Origin: Candidatus Latescibacterota bacterium
GTDB taxonomy: Bacteria > Latescibacterota > UBA2968
Assembly: GCA_965116885.1 (NCBI GenBank)
Contig: OZ220741.1
Location: 2,496,001-2,560,000, forward strand
DNA: 64,000 nucleotides
Direction: 5' to 3'
Under the pieces are notes generated by a model. The model was not told where the DNA came from and ran no database searches. It saw nothing but the letters and a program-made list of their open reading frames with translations. Shown here piece by piece: positions 11,119 to 20,815 of the stretch (its first letter is position 1; each line of letters begins with the position of its first letter). Both the position numbers and the translations under genes were made by a program.

Positions 11119-11769
11119 ATGAATTTGAAAAAGCGTTTTAGTAAAGCCGAGAAAGCCGAAAGAATTGCCGAGATTTTGGATGAGTTATATCCCGATCCCG
11201 AAGGGTCGCTGAGACACGGGAGTGCTTATACTCTGCTGGTTGCGGTGTTGTTGTCGGCGCAGTGTACCGATGTGCGGGTCAATCAGGTGACGCCGGTTTT
11301 ATTTGCCAGGGCAGATACGCCAGAGAAGATGGTTGCGCTGTCGGTTGAAGAAATTGAGAGTATTATCCGTCCGTGCGGATTGGCACCTCGAAAAGCGCAG
11401 GCGATTTTTGATTTGTCTTGCATTTTACTGGATAAACACGATGGCGAGGTGCCCCAATCTTATGAAGATTTGGAAGCATTGCCCGGCGTGGGACACAAGA
11501 CGGCGTCGGTGGTGATGGCTCAGGCTTTTGGCGTGCCGGCATTTCCCGTGGATACGCATATTCACCGTCTCGCCTATCGATGGGGATTGTCCAGTGGCAA
11601 AAATGTGGTGCAGACCGAACGCGATTTGAAACGCATTTTTCCCGCGGAAATTTGGAATAAGCTGCATTTGCAGATTATTTTTTTTGGACGAGAATATTGC
11701 CCGGCGAGAGGCCATGATCTCCATCAATGTCGCATTTGTAGTGTGTATGGACGCAGGAGTTTATTGTGA
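11119..11769 (+). CDS. nth: Endonuclease III
   Basis: LLSAQCTDVRVN, HhH LPGVGHKTA, FPVDTH and C-terminal Cys residues; GGAGG RBS (start is ATG 11119 or TTG 11125). Confidence 0.95.
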   Translation: MNLKKRFSKAEKAERIAEILDELYPDPEGSLRHGSAYTLLVAVLLSAQCTDVRVNQVTPVLFARADTPEKMVALSVEEIESIIRPCGLAPRKAQAIFDLSCILLDKHDGEVPQSYEDLEALPGVGHKTASVVMAQAFGVPAFPVDTHIHRLAYRWGLSSGKNVVQTERDLKRIFPAEIWNKLHLQIIFFGREYCPARGHDLHQCRICSVYGRRSLL

Positions 11770-11785
11770 AAGATTGGAGGTGGAA

Positions 11786-12925
11786 GTGAAGATTCGAGCG
11801 ATTTCGATTTCGATTTTTGAGTTGCCTGCCAATACGGGTCGGTTTCGGATGGAACAAACCGGTCAGGGTGCCCGCAAGCGATGGGCAAAGCGGGGTACGG
11901 GTAAGTCGGCAGAGCATATACACGTTTTGCATGTGAAGACCGACGAAGACATCGAAGGGGTGTGTACGGTAGGGGATGCGCGGTACACGACGATGCGTTC
12001 TGAAGATCTGGAGCAATTGCGGTTGCTGGCGATTGGCGAAGATCCATTTGATCGCGAGCGGCTCGCTCAAAAATTACACAAAGCAACGCGCGGCATGTTC
12101 ACGCGCCCTGGATGGTTTGGTGCTTTTGACAATTGTTTGTGGGATATTGCCGGCAAGGTTGCGGAGCTGCCTGTTCACAGTTTGATTGGTCGGGCGCGGT
12201 CTTGTTGTGCGGCTTATTACAATTTTAGAAGTGGGTCACAAGAGGAGGCTGTAGCCGATGCAAAAAAGGCAGTGGATATGGGATTTTTGGCTGTAAAGGA
12301 TCACTTTGGGGGTACGGCAGATGAAAATATCGCGTGTTTTCACGCTGTGCGCGATGCGGTTGGAGATGATGTCGATATTTTGCACGATGCCGCAGGATGT
12401 GATTATACGTTGCAAGATGCGATTCGGGTGGGTAAGACTCTGGAGGCGTTGCGGTTTGGTTGGTTTGAAGAGCCTTTGGCAGATCGAGATCAAAAGAGCT
12501 TGCAGCGTTTGTGCGATGCGCTGGATATTCCCATTTTGGCTCCTGAGACTTTGATGCACGATGTGGATTTGAGCGCGCAATGGATTATTTCTGGGGCAAC
12601 CGATGCCCTGCGCGCCAATGCGCGGCTGGGGACAACTCCGACGTTGAAGTTGGCACATTTGGTGGAGATGCACGGTGCAAATATTGAATTTAATGGACCG
12701 GGTGGGTTGTTTGGGCTGGTGCATGCACATCTGGTTTGTGCCATATCGAATACGAGTTATTACGAGTTTTTCCCCGGGGGATCCCGGGATGTGCGCGGTC
12801 GGGAGATTGGGTTGCTCAATCCACCATTGCCCGAGAATGGCCATATTACACCGCCCAATGATCCCGGATGGGGTGCCGAATGGGATTGGGAATTTTTTGA
12901 GAAGAAGCGGATTGGAGAGTTGTAA
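11786..12925 (+). CDS. Mandelate racemase/enolase superfamily protein
   Basis: DNCLWDIAGK and WFEEPL motifs; GTG start after GGAGG. Confidence 0.88.
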   Translation: MKIRAISISIFELPANTGRFRMEQTGQGARKRWAKRGTGKSAEHIHVLHVKTDEDIEGVCTVGDARYTTMRSEDLEQLRLLAIGEDPFDRERLAQKLHKATRGMFTRPGWFGAFDNCLWDIAGKVAELPVHSLIGRARSCCAAYYNFRSGSQEEAVADAKKAVDMGFLAVKDHFGGTADENIACFHAVRDAVGDDVDILHDAAGCDYTLQDAIRVGKTLEALRFGWFEEPLADRDQKSLQRLCDALDIPILAPETLMHDVDLSAQWIISGATDALRANARLGTTPTLKLAHLVEMHGANIEFNGPGGLFGLVHAHLVCAISNTSYYEFFPGGSRDVRGREIGLLNPPLPENGHITPPNDPGWGAEWDWEFFEKKRIGEL

Positions 12926-12950
12926 AAAGCGACAACTGAAAGGAGATTTT

Positions 12951-14195
12951 ATGGCTTCTGATAAACCAAATATTATTCTGATTTTATCCGATGATTTGGG
13001 ATATGAATGCCTGGGGTGTTATGGGGGGGAATCGTATCAGACTCCCGTGCTGGATGGTTTGAGCAAGGAGGGGATGCGTTTTGACCATGCGTATGTCCTG
13101 CCGTTGTGTACGCCAACGCGGTTACAGTTGATGACGGGTAAATACAATTTTCGCAATTGGCGAGCTTTTGGGGTGATGGATCCGCAGGAGCGCACTTTTG
13201 GACATTTGATGAAAGCGGCTGGCTATAAGACGTGTATTTCGGGCAAATGGCAAATGTATAGCTATAATCCGCCGGATTTTGAACCCGAGTGGCGCGGCAA
13301 GGGGCAATTGGCGGAAGATTCGGGTTTTGACGAGTATTGTTTGTGGCATACGGAACACACGGAGGATAAGGGGTCGCGATATGCCGATCCGGTGATTCAA
13401 CAAAATGGGGCGTATTTGGAGGATACAGAGGGTAAGTACGGTCCGGATATTTATACGGCTTATATTTGCGATTATATCGAGCGACATAAGGACGATCCGT
13501 TTTTTGTTTATTATCCCATGGCGCTGACACACGGTCCGTTTGAACCCACGCCCCATAGCCAAATATGGTCTGAAAACCGACACGATAGCGGGGTGAAGTA
13601 TTTTAAAGATATGGTTGAGTATATGGATGTGGTGATTGGGCGAATTGTGGATAAATTGGATGAGCTTGGGCTTAGAGAGAATACTTTGCTTTTGTTTATT
13701 GGCGATAATGGGTCGCCCCGTCAGGTGACTTCTATGATCAATGGTCGCGAGTTCCAGGGGGGAAAAGGTCTTTCGACGGATGCGGGTACACGGGTGCCAT
13801 TTGTTGCGAGTTGGCCGGGTGCGATTCCACCGGGGTCTGTTTGTGATGATTTGATCGATTGTAGCGATTTTGTGCCCACTATGATGGATATGGCTGGTAT
13901 TTCTTTGCCCGAGGACGATGTGTTTGATGGGGTATCATTTTTGCCGCAGTTAAAGGGTGAGACGGGAACGCCGCGCGAGTGGATTTTTGCCCATCACGAT
14001 CCTTTGCCCGGATGGGGTAAGGAGGGTTACTATTTAAAGCGATGGGCACAGGATAAACGCTGGAAACTCTACGATACAGGCGATTTGTACGATGTGGTAG
14101 CAGATGAGTTGGAAGAGCATCCGGTCGTCGATGGCGGTGCAGACGCAGAGGCAGCGCGACGAAAATTGCAGCCCGTGCTGGATCGGATGAAGTAG
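12951..14195 (+). CDS. Arylsulfatase-like protein
   Basis: KPNIILILSDDLG, CTPTRLQLMTG and GDNG motifs; AGGAG RBS. Confidence 0.92.
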   Translation: MASDKPNIILILSDDLGYECLGCYGGESYQTPVLDGLSKEGMRFDHAYVLPLCTPTRLQLMTGKYNFRNWRAFGVMDPQERTFGHLMKAAGYKTCISGKWQMYSYNPPDFEPEWRGKGQLAEDSGFDEYCLWHTEHTEDKGSRYADPVIQQNGAYLEDTEGKYGPDIYTAYICDYIERHKDDPFFVYYPMALTHGPFEPTPHSQIWSENRHDSGVKYFKDMVEYMDVVIGRIVDKLDELGLRENTLLLFIGDNGSPRQVTSMINGREFQGGKGLSTDAGTRVPFVASWPGAIPPGSVCDDLIDCSDFVPTMMDMAGISLPEDDVFDGVSFLPQLKGETGTPREWIFAHHDPLPGWGKEGYYLKRWAQDKRWKLYDTGDLYDVVADELEEHPVVDGGADAEAARRKLQPVLDRMK

Positions 14196-14381
14196 CAGGT
14201 GTGTTGCACATTTTGTTCTGTGGAATAAGGCTATTGTGAACATATCGTTCAACACCCGCCTGCTCTGATATAGTATAAGTTTTTTTATAACAATAAGTTA
14301 TTGCTCCAAGCGGTTCTGGCACGCTCCTTGCCTGATTCTATTGCTTCTTTTAGTGGGTTCCTTTCAGGCAAGGAGGTTTTG

Positions 14382-15920
14382 ATGACTGCGCGTGTGTTGA
14401 GTTGTGCAATACTGGGTATTGATGCGTATATCGTGCATATTGAGGCGGATATTTCGCGTCGGCTTCCCTCATTTTCAGTGGTGGGTTTGCCCGATAGTGC
14501 TGTGAAGGAGAGCCGGGATCGGGTGATGGCTGCGATTAAAAATGCCGGGCGAACATTTCCAACTAACCGGATTACGGTGAATTTGGCACCGGCAGATATC
14601 CGAAAGGAAGGCTCGGCATTCGATTTGCCGATTGCGATAGGCATTATTGCCGCGATGGGCGATTCAATTTCACCCGAGAAGCTGTCGCAATATCTCATTT
14701 TGGGTGAGTTGGCTTTAGATGGCACGGTGCGACCCGTGCGCGGGGTGCTGTCAATGGCTGTGGAAGCCAAAAAGGCGGGCTTAAAAGGGTTGCTCGTTCC
14801 TGTGGAGAATGCGCGAGAGGCGGCGATTACAGGCGGGTTAGATGTTTTGCCGGTATGCGATTTGAGTGAGGCACTGGATTTTTTCGAGGGGTATTGCGAT
14901 ATCATGCCCTTTGAAATCGATAGTAAGGCGATTTTTCGGCGGGCGCGGATGCATCGGGTGGATTTTAAGGATGTGCGCGGGCAAGAGCATGCAAAGCGCG
15001 CGCTGGAGGTGGCGGCGGCAGGCGCGCATAACGCAATTCTCATGGGGCCTCCCGGATCGGGTAAGACGATGCTCGCCAGGAGATTGCCGACTATTTTACC
15101 CGATCTGACGCTGGATGAGGCTCTGCAGACGACAAAAATTCACTCGGTGGCGGGGTTGTTGACGCCCGATACGGCACTCGTGGCAGTAAGGCCGTTTCGC
15201 TCGCCGCATCACACGATTTCAGATGCGGGGTTGATCGGTGGCGGTCCCTATCCCCGACCAGGAGAGGTGTCGCTGGCACATCACGGGGTGCTGTTTTTGG
15301 ATGAGCTTCCCGAGTTTAAGAAACAGGTTTTGGAATCTCTTCGACAACCTGTTGAGGACAGTTTTGTGACGATTGCCCGCGCGGCGATGTCGCTTTCGTA
15401 TCCCGCGCAGTTTATGCTCGTTTGCGCCATGAATCCGTGTCCGTGCGGGTATTTGGGCGATCCACACCACGAGTGTATTTGCTCGCCACCTGTGGTCCAG
15501 CGCTATGTCAATCGGATCTCGGGACCGCTGATGGATCGCATTGATATTCACGTAGAAGCCCCGGCCGTGCAGTATGAAGAATTGGCCAATGAACCGGCTG
15601 GCGAGTCTTCAGCAGCGGTTCGCAAGCGCGTGCAAAGCGCGCGGCAAATACAGTTGGAACGGTTTGCGGATTATAGCGATTTGTTTAGCAACGCGCACAT
15701 GGGGTCGCGAGAGATTCGGATGTTTTGTAAAATAGATGATAGGAGCGAGGAGTTGTTGCGGATGGCGATTACGCGATTGGGGCTGTCGGCGCGGGCCTAT
15801 GATCGCATTCTGAAGGCGAGCCGCACAATAGCAGACCTGGAAGGCGAAGAGGATATCCAATCGCGCCACGTTGCCGAGGCGATTCAATACCGTAGTCTGG
15901 ATAGAAGATTGTGGGAGTAA
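14382..15920 (+). CDS. comM: YifB/ComM Mg-chelatase-like AAA+ ATPase
   Basis: VGLPDSAVKESRDRV, GPPGSGKT, LFLDELPEF and AMNPCPCG motifs. Confidence 0.95.
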   Translation: MTARVLSCAILGIDAYIVHIEADISRRLPSFSVVGLPDSAVKESRDRVMAAIKNAGRTFPTNRITVNLAPADIRKEGSAFDLPIAIGIIAAMGDSISPEKLSQYLILGELALDGTVRPVRGVLSMAVEAKKAGLKGLLVPVENAREAAITGGLDVLPVCDLSEALDFFEGYCDIMPFEIDSKAIFRRARMHRVDFKDVRGQEHAKRALEVAAAGAHNAILMGPPGSGKTMLARRLPTILPDLTLDEALQTTKIHSVAGLLTPDTALVAVRPFRSPHHTISDAGLIGGGPYPRPGEVSLAHHGVLFLDELPEFKKQVLESLRQPVEDSFVTIARAAMSLSYPAQFMLVCAMNPCPCGYLGDPHHECICSPPVVQRYVNRISGPLMDRIDIHVEAPAVQYEELANEPAGESSAAVRKRVQSARQIQLERFADYSDLFSNAHMGSREIRMFCKIDDRSEELLRMAITRLGLSARAYDRILKASRTIADLEGEEDIQSRHVAEAIQYRSLDRRLWE

Positions 15921-15995
15921 TATCACAATTGTAAAACGATGTCCAGGACGGTATATTATGACATTCCTCGAAACAGTTGAGCAGGAGTATCCAAA

Positions 15996-16337
15996 ATGAA
16001 AAAAGAACTGTTTGATGATTTACTCCAAAGTGTGCGTGAGGGAGGTGCTATTATGCGTGGTGAGATGACACCGAGTCGTGTATTTGATTTTACGCCATTG
16101 GATGTCAAAGCTGTTCGCGAAAAGCTCAATAAGTCTCAACATGAATTTGCACTCCTGATGGGTGTGAGTACGTCAACGCTACAAGATTGGGAAAAAGAGT
16201 GTTGCATTCCCCAGGGCTCTGCCCGTGCAGTATTAAAAATTGTGGAAAAGAATCCCAAAGAGTTTGCCGAGGTATTAGAGGTGTGCAAAAAATCTCTTGC
16301 AGGGGATCGTCAGGACTCGTCCAGTCAACAGGATTAA
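15996..16337 (+). CDS. XRE HTH protein (NadS/HigA-like), no adjacent toxin
   Basis: LFDDLLQSVRE N-terminus and SQHEFALLMGVSTSTLQDWE HTH. Confidence 0.8.
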   Translation: MKKELFDDLLQSVREGGAIMRGEMTPSRVFDFTPLDVKAVREKLNKSQHEFALLMGVSTSTLQDWEKECCIPQGSARAVLKIVEKNPKEFAEVLEVCKKSLAGDRQDSSSQQD

Positions 16338-16367
16338 GTTCATCCTGAATTGGCGGATCTCAAAACA

Positions 16368-16408
16368 AAAAGCGGAGCATTGACAAGTGCTTCGCTTTTT
16401 TTTAGGCT
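16368..16408 (+). promoter_or_regulatory. Terminator hairpin overlapping a sigma70 promoter for the acylase gene
   Basis: AAAAGCGGAGCA..TGCTTCGCTTTT stem; TTGACA (16380)-17 nt-TAGGCT (16403). Confidence 0.55.
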
Positions 16409-16414
16409 TGCAAT

Positions 16415-18583
16415 ATGAAACGCGATGCAAAAAAAATTGTGATACCAGGTATTAAGGGCGAGGTGTGCATTCAGCGGATGGCGCATGGGTTTCCGCATAT
16501 TTCGGCGCAGGATGAAGGGGACCGGTATTATGGTTTGGGTTATGCACATGGCCGGGATAGGCAGATGCATATGTGGTTGCTGAAGCTCATCGGGCGCGGG
16601 AATGCGTCGGTATATTTGAAAGCGGATGACGAGTTGATTGAGGTAGATCGGTTTATGCGCTGGCTCGATATAGCGGGCGATGCGGATCGGGAAGCGCGGC
16701 ATTTGTCACCTGATGTACAAGTGATTTTGGATGCGTATTGCAAGGGGGTGAATCAGGCGGTTCGCGCGACGGGAACGCCTTTTGAATTTAAGTTGATGGG
16801 GTATCGACCAGATGATTGGACGCCGGCAGATGCACTGCTGATGGTCAAGCTGATCGGGTTTGTGGGGCTTTCGCAGATGCAGGGCGATATGGAGAAGTTG
16901 ATTGTTCAGTTGATTCAAAAGGGTCTGGATACGGAGCGTTTGAAGGCGCTTTTTCCGGCGATTCGGGATGATGTATCGGAAGAGTATATAGATTTGATAA
17001 AGAAGGTGCATCTGGTGCGTCCGATGATTCCATCATCTGTTGTGTGGCGCGATTTGTTGCCCGATTTTTCCGCGAGCAATAATTGGGCTGTGCGTCCGTC
17101 AAAGACGGCATCTGGATGGGGAATGATGTGCGGGGATCCGCATCTGCAATTGCAATTGCCTTCGGTTTGGTATCTGGCAGTGCTGTCTGGCGATCAGGAC
17201 TATTTGATGGGTGCGACGCTGCCGGGGTTGCCGGTTGTGGCTATGGGACGGTCATCCCATCTGTCGTGGGCAGCGACCTATGGTACTGCCGATGTGTGTG
17301 ATTATTTTGTGGAGGAGGTGAAGGATGGGAGGTACAGATGCGGGGATAAATGGGTGCCTCTGCGCGTGCGAGAAGAGGTTATTCGGCCTAAGAAGCGGGA
17401 TCCGATAGGGTTGCGCGTTTGCGAGACAGAGCGCGGTTTGCTGGAGGGCGAGGTTGAGGAGGATGGGTATTATTTGTGTTATGCGTGGACGGGTAAGCAG
17501 CAAAAGGGGACGGGGGCGGATTCGCTGGATTGTGTTTTGAGGATTACAAGATCAAAAGGCGTTGAAGAGGCACGGAATTATTTTGCGGGGTTGACGTTTG
17601 CGCCGTTTAATTGGGTGTTTGCAGATCGGGCGGGGAATATTGGATATCAACTCGGCGGGCTGGTGCCCAAACAACCCGAAGGTTCATCGGGTTTGCTTCC
17701 GTTTTTGGGTTGGGATAAGAAACAGAATTGGGATGGGATGGTCGATCCGATATTGTATCCACGCGCGATGAATCCCGAATGCGATTTTATTGTGACGGCA
17801 AATCAGGATCTCAATTTTATGGGGCAGACTGAGCCGATGAAGTTGTCGATTTCGTCTTATCGCGCGGATCGGATCTGTGAGTTGTTGCGGGAGAAGGATG
17901 ATTTGACAGTAGAGGATATGAAGCGGATTCACTGCGATCTCTACGCGCTTCAGGCCCGGGAGTTTATGGCAGTTATACGTCCGTTGTTACGAGAAACGGA
18001 AAATGGGGAGTTATTGCGGGAATGGGATTTGTGTTATGATGCGGATTCTCTGGGTGCGACGCTTTTTGAGCGCGTTTATCGCGAACTGGTTTTGCTCGTT
18101 TTTGGGGATAATGGTTTGGGGCGCGAGATGGTGACGTTTTTGCTGGATGGTACGACGCTGTTCAGTGTCGTGCATGGATATTTTGATCGCATTCTTTTGA
18201 GCGAGGCGTCGGTCTGGTTTGGAGATGAGTCGCGCGAAGCTCTGTATCAAATGGCGATTGAGCGCGGATTAAGGGAGAAAGCCGTGCCGCACGGCGAAGT
18301 GAGTAAGGTTTATATTGAGCATCTTTTTTTCAGGGGGAAGTTGCCGCGGTTTTTGGGGTTTGATTATTCGCTTGCAAATACTGGGAGTCGGTCAACGGTT
18401 TCTCAGGCCGGTGTGTTCAAAGGTGGCGCGCTTGCACCCACTTTTCGAATGATTTGCGATTTTGGGGAGGATGTGCTACACGCAAATGTCGCGGGCGGTG
18501 CTTCAGATCGCCGTTTTTCCAAATTCTATACGTCGGGGTTGGATGCGTGGGCGCAAGGTGAGTACGAGGTGTTAGGACCATAA
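16415..18583 (+). CDS. Penicillin acylase (Ntn hydrolase) family protein
   Basis: GFPHI, GYAHGRDR, ASNNWAV autocleavage site and GDPHL. Confidence 0.92.
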   Translation: MKRDAKKIVIPGIKGEVCIQRMAHGFPHISAQDEGDRYYGLGYAHGRDRQMHMWLLKLIGRGNASVYLKADDELIEVDRFMRWLDIAGDADREARHLSPDVQVILDAYCKGVNQAVRATGTPFEFKLMGYRPDDWTPADALLMVKLIGFVGLSQMQGDMEKLIVQLIQKGLDTERLKALFPAIRDDVSEEYIDLIKKVHLVRPMIPSSVVWRDLLPDFSASNNWAVRPSKTASGWGMMCGDPHLQLQLPSVWYLAVLSGDQDYLMGATLPGLPVVAMGRSSHLSWAATYGTADVCDYFVEEVKDGRYRCGDKWVPLRVREEVIRPKKRDPIGLRVCETERGLLEGEVEEDGYYLCYAWTGKQQKGTGADSLDCVLRITRSKGVEEARNYFAGLTFAPFNWVFADRAGNIGYQLGGLVPKQPEGSSGLLPFLGWDKKQNWDGMVDPILYPRAMNPECDFIVTANQDLNFMGQTEPMKLSISSYRADRICELLREKDDLTVEDMKRIHCDLYALQAREFMAVIRPLLRETENGELLREWDLCYDADSLGATLFERVYRELVLLVFGDNGLGREMVTFLLDGTTLFSVVHGYFDRILLSEASVWFGDESREALYQMAIERGLREKAVPHGEVSKVYIEHLFFRGKLPRFLGFDYSLANTGSRSTVSQAGVFKGGALAPTFRMICDFGEDVLHANVAGGASDRRFSKFYTSGLDAWAQGEYEVLGP

Positions 18584-18594
18584 AGGGCTGACCG

Positions 18595-19968
18595 CTAACG
18601 GGTTGCTCTGTTAATGCCTTTGATTTTTTGGTTTGCTTTGGCGCGCTGGTCGATTTCTTCGGGGGTGACGATGTTGTGGAGATCGGCGCGGAGGTCGGAG
18701 AGGATGTCGGCACAGGTGGGATCGCCGGCGCGATTCTCGGTTTCGTCGGGGTCGTTGGCGACATTGAATAATTGGTCCGGCAGGCCGACGTAGTGGATGT
18801 ATTTCCAGTCGCCTTTTTTGATCATGAAGCCGCCATTTAGCGCGCCCTGGGCGTGGTATTCGCTGAAGATGGGGCGGTCGGGAAAGGGATGACCGCTGAT
18901 GGCGGGCAGGAGGCTGCTGCCGGGTAAGGGCGCGGGGTCTTGTTCGGCGAGGTCGAGAAGGGTGGGGAGGATGTCGATGAGGTTGGCTCCCGCGGCGATG
19001 CGCTGGTTGCCCTCGGCGTTTGGGTGGCGAATGATCATGGGGACGCGCACGGCGTGTTCGTAGAAACATTGTTTTTGCCATATACCGTGGTGTCCGCCCA
19101 TTTCGCCGTGGTCGCTGACGTATATGACGACGGTGTTGTCGCGCAAGGGGGAGTTATCGACTATGTCGAGCAGGCGGCCGATGAGGTCGTCGGTAAAAGA
19201 GATGAGGCCGTAGTAAGACGCGGTTGCGGTGGTGGAGATGGCGTCGGGCAAGGGGTCTTCGTTGCGCAGCCAATGGCGGAGTTGCTGGATGGAAGGGTGC
19301 TGGGTGTCGCAGGGTTCGGTTCTCGTTTGTGGCAAGATGACGCGGTCGGGGTAGTAGCGGTCGAAGTATTCTTGCGGGCACAGGAGGGGAAAGTGGGGGT
19401 TCATGAAGCCGGTGTAGAGGAAGAAGGGATGGTCGGCGTATTGTGCGCGGGATTTGAGGAAGCGTTCTGAGAGATCGGCGGCTGTGCTGTCGTAGTGGAT
19501 TTGCCAGTTTTCTCCGGGACCGCATTCGGTGACGTGGCTGTTGCTGCCGCGCCGGTTTTCGGGCGTGCGCGAGGGGGCACCCATATTCCAGTGTTTCCAT
19601 TTTTCTGCGTCGTCCATGAGGCGCACGCCAAAGCCGTGCAGGCGTTCGGGACCTATGAAGTGGGTGCGGCCGCAGGCTGCGGTTTCGTAGCCCGCGGCTT
19701 CGAGGTAGCTGCCCATTGTGGGGATTGTACCCGCGAGAGGCGAGCCGTTGTCATAGGTGCCGATTTGGTGGACGTATTGTCCGGTCATAAAGGACATACG
19801 CGCCGGTACGCATATCGGGCAGGCGGTATAGGCGTTGTCAAAGGTGGTGCCTTCGGATGCGAGGCGGTCCATGTGTGGCGTTTCGATATGGGGGTGACCG
19901 TAACAGCCGGTGACTGCGGGGTCGTGTTCGTCGCTCATGATGAGCAAGATGTTGGGTCGCTGGTTCAT
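18595..19968 (-). CDS. Choline-sulfatase-like sulfatase
   Basis: RPNILLIMSDEH, CVPARMSFMTG and SDHGEM motifs. Confidence 0.9.
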   Translation of the reverse strand: MNQRPNILLIMSDEHDPAVTGCYGHPHIETPHMDRLASEGTTFDNAYTACPICVPARMSFMTGQYVHQIGTYDNGSPLAGTIPTMGSYLEAAGYETAACGRTHFIGPERLHGFGVRLMDDAEKWKHWNMGAPSRTPENRRGSNSHVTECGPGENWQIHYDSTAADLSERFLKSRAQYADHPFFLYTGFMNPHFPLLCPQEYFDRYYPDRVILPQTRTEPCDTQHPSIQQLRHWLRNEDPLPDAISTTATASYYGLISFTDDLIGRLLDIVDNSPLRDNTVVIYVSDHGEMGGHHGIWQKQCFYEHAVRVPMIIRHPNAEGNQRIAAGANLIDILPTLLDLAEQDPAPLPGSSLLPAISGHPFPDRPIFSEYHAQGALNGGFMIKKGDWKYIHYVGLPDQLFNVANDPDETENRAGDPTCADILSDLRADLHNIVTPEEIDQRAKANQKIKGINRATR

Positions 19969-20025
19969 GCTAATATCTTCCTGTGCGTTTGGGGCCGGGG
20001 TCGGCGCAAATAACGGTATCTCAAG

Positions 20026-20793
20026 TCAGGCCTGGTACAGGCTCTCTGTCGGGATGTCGGTGATCATTGCGTGGCCAGGGGTGTAGGATATCATGAATGG
20101 GAGCCTGGCCTGTTCGGCGACAATGCGGGGTGTGATGCCGCAAGCCCAATACAAGCGGTCCGTTCCTTCGGGTACTTCAAACGGGTGACCGTCCATGTTG
20201 ACGTTCAGTTCTTCAATGCCGAGTTCGTCCGCATTGTTTTTTCCGATTGGGGCGCCGTGACACGCGGGGAAGTGGCTGGTGAATTCCCATATATCGTCGA
20301 TCACGGCCGGATCGAATGAGCGGATGGTGACGGCCATGTTGCCCGAGAAGGGTCCGACTGTTTTGCACGGGAGCGATGTGAGTTGGATGGTCGGTCCGAA
20401 TGCTGCGGGGTAGCCTTTCTCGGCCAGGAGGCCGTCGAAGGAGACGCTCGATCCGATCAGGAAGGTAACGGTTCGGTCGTCGAACAGATCTACGATGTCC
20501 TGCCGGCGTTCGGTGACTTCGCCATCGCGTACGATGTCGTATGACCCCAGGTCGGTTCGGATGTCGAGGGCGCGCGCATACTCGGGGCAGTCCGTTTGGC
20601 CGGGTTCCATTTTAGCGATCAGCGGGCAGGGTTTTGGGTTGGCGCGACAGAATGCCTCGAAATCGTCGGCGTAGTCTATGTCCAGAAAGGCGACGTTGAC
20701 ACACAGGTAGCCGGGAAGGGCTCGGGATGCGAAACCTTCGAGTTCGTTGGCTCTGCAAGCGAGTCTGACGTCTAACGGTGTTTTGAATTTCAT
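20026..20793 (-). CDS. DUF1445 / D-glutamate cyclase-like protein
   Basis: FCRANPKPCPL, HGAPI, WACGITP and PGHAMITD motifs. Confidence 0.8.
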   Translation of the reverse strand: MKFKTPLDVRLACRANELEGFASRALPGYLCVNVAFLDIDYADDFEAFCRANPKPCPLIAKMEPGQTDCPEYARALDIRTDLGSYDIVRDGEVTERRQDIVDLFDDRTVTFLIGSSVSFDGLLAEKGYPAAFGPTIQLTSLPCKTVGPFSGNMAVTIRSFDPAVIDDIWEFTSHFPACHGAPIGKNNADELGIEELNVNMDGHPFEVPEGTDRLYWACGITPRIVAEQARLPFMISYTPGHAMITDIPTESLYQA

Positions 20794-20815
20794 GTTGCGA
20801 TCTCCATTGAAACGC

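Noticed and set aside
14263..14300. Regulatory site in the comM upstream region (SOS-like box near 14238-14250)
   Set aside because: GAAC-ATATC-GTTC has a 5-nt spacer rather than the GAAC-N4-GTTC Cheo box, occurs once, and no other support was found upstream of the start.
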